Source of the DNA: Squalus acanthias
Taxonomy: Eukaryota
Direction of reading: 5' to 3'
Length of the DNA: 64,000 nucleotides
Assembly: GCA_030390025.1 (NCBI GenBank)
Contig: CM059427.1
Span: forward strand, 186,806,001 to 186,870,000
The translations under genes were made by a program, and so were the position numbers. The notes under the pieces were generated by a model. The model saw only the letters and a list, made by a program, of their open reading frames with translations. It was not told the DNA's origin and did no database searches. Positions 63,001 to 64,000 of the stretch are shown here, in pieces (the stretch's first letter is position 1; every line of letters starts with the position of its first letter).

Positions 63001-64000
63001 CAAGGATAGTCAGCACGGATTTGTTAAGGGAAGGTCGTGTCTGACAAACTTGATTGAATTTTTTGAGGAGGTAACAAGGAGGGTGGATGAGGGTAGTGCA
63101 TTTGATGTAGTGTATATGGACTTTAGCAAAGCTTTTGATAAGGTTCCACATGGCAGACTTGTCACGAAGTTAAAAGCCCATGGGATCCAGGGTAATGTTT
63201 CAACCTGGATTCAAAACTGGCTCAGAGACAGGAAGCAGAGGGTAATGGTTGATGGGTGTTTTTGTGACTGGAAGGCTGTCTCCAGTGGGGTTCCGCCGGG
63301 CTCAGTTCTAGCTCCCTTGCTTTTTGTGGTATATATCAATGATCTAGACTTGAATATAGGGGGTATGATTAAGAAGTTTGCAGATGATACTAAAATCGGC
63401 TGTGTGGTTGATACTGAAGAAGGAAGCTGTAGACTGCAGGACGATATCAATAAATTGGTCAGGTGGGCAGAACAGTGGCAAATGGAATTCAATCCGGAGA
63501 AGTGTGAGGTAATGCATTTGGGGAGGGCTAACAAGGAAAGGGAATACACATTAAATGGTAGGACACTGAGTAGTGTAGAGGAACAGAGGGACCTTGGAGT
63601 GCATGTCCACAGATCCCTGAAGGTAGCAGGCCAGGTAGATAAGGTGGTTAAGAAGGCATACGGAATGCTTGCCTTTATTAGCCGTGGCGTAGAATACAAG
63701 AGCAGGGGGGTTATGCTTCAACTATATAAACACTAATTAGGCCTCAGCTAGAGTACTGCGTGCAGTTCTGGTCACCACATTACAGGAAAGATGTGATTGC
63801 ACTAGAGAGGGTACAGTGGAGATTTACAAGGATGTTGCCAGGAGTAGAGAATCTTAGCTATGAGGAAAGACTGGATAGGCTGGGTCTGTTTCCCTTGGAA
63901 CAGAGGAGGCTGAGGGGAGACCGTATTGAGGTGTATAAAATTATGAGGGGCATAGATAAAGTGGATAGAAAGGACCTATTTCCCTTAGCAGTGGGGTCAA
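60040..64000 (+). mobile_element. Near full-length CR1 LINE: ORF1 (Zn finger/zipper plus SGNH esterase) and ORF2, both frameshifted
   Basis: CTSCAMW..CGKC..heptad Leu; IVIGDSIVRG, VHIGIND; ORF2 endonuclease and RT fragments run off the window end. Confidence 0.92.

Overview
Repeat-rich vertebrate genomic DNA. The mix of CR1 LINEs with (TTCTATGT/A)n tails, a DeuSINE-like fragment, Penelope and PIF/Harbinger elements suggests a cartilaginous fish (inference). One spliced host gene on the + strand spans about 8.85-57.6 kb. It has a signal-peptide exon, eight phase-1 Ig-superfamily exons arranged as a tandem duplicate (V*-C2-V-C2)x2, a transmembrane exon with a mid-membrane lysine, and two candidate in-frame terminal exons. 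One gives a short motif-poor tail, the other a tail ending AFQTLEL. The predicted protein is about 899 or 911 aa. The WxC motif in D4/D8 points to the CD4/LAG-3 family, but the gene is neither canonical CD4 nor LAG-3: it has 8 domains, unsplit V exons, no CxC/CxH Lck motif and a charged TM. The paralogous V domains D3 and D7 differ mainly in CDR-like loops, while the intron next to them is about 96% identical. Pseudo-exon relics record further duplications. The introns hold many CR1 copies (including a three-layer nest), Harbinger elements and MITEs with 3-bp TSDs, solo LTRs (two with clean 4-bp TSDs) and Penelope fragments. Exon models were read by eye from splice signals and phase; no transcript or database evidence was used.
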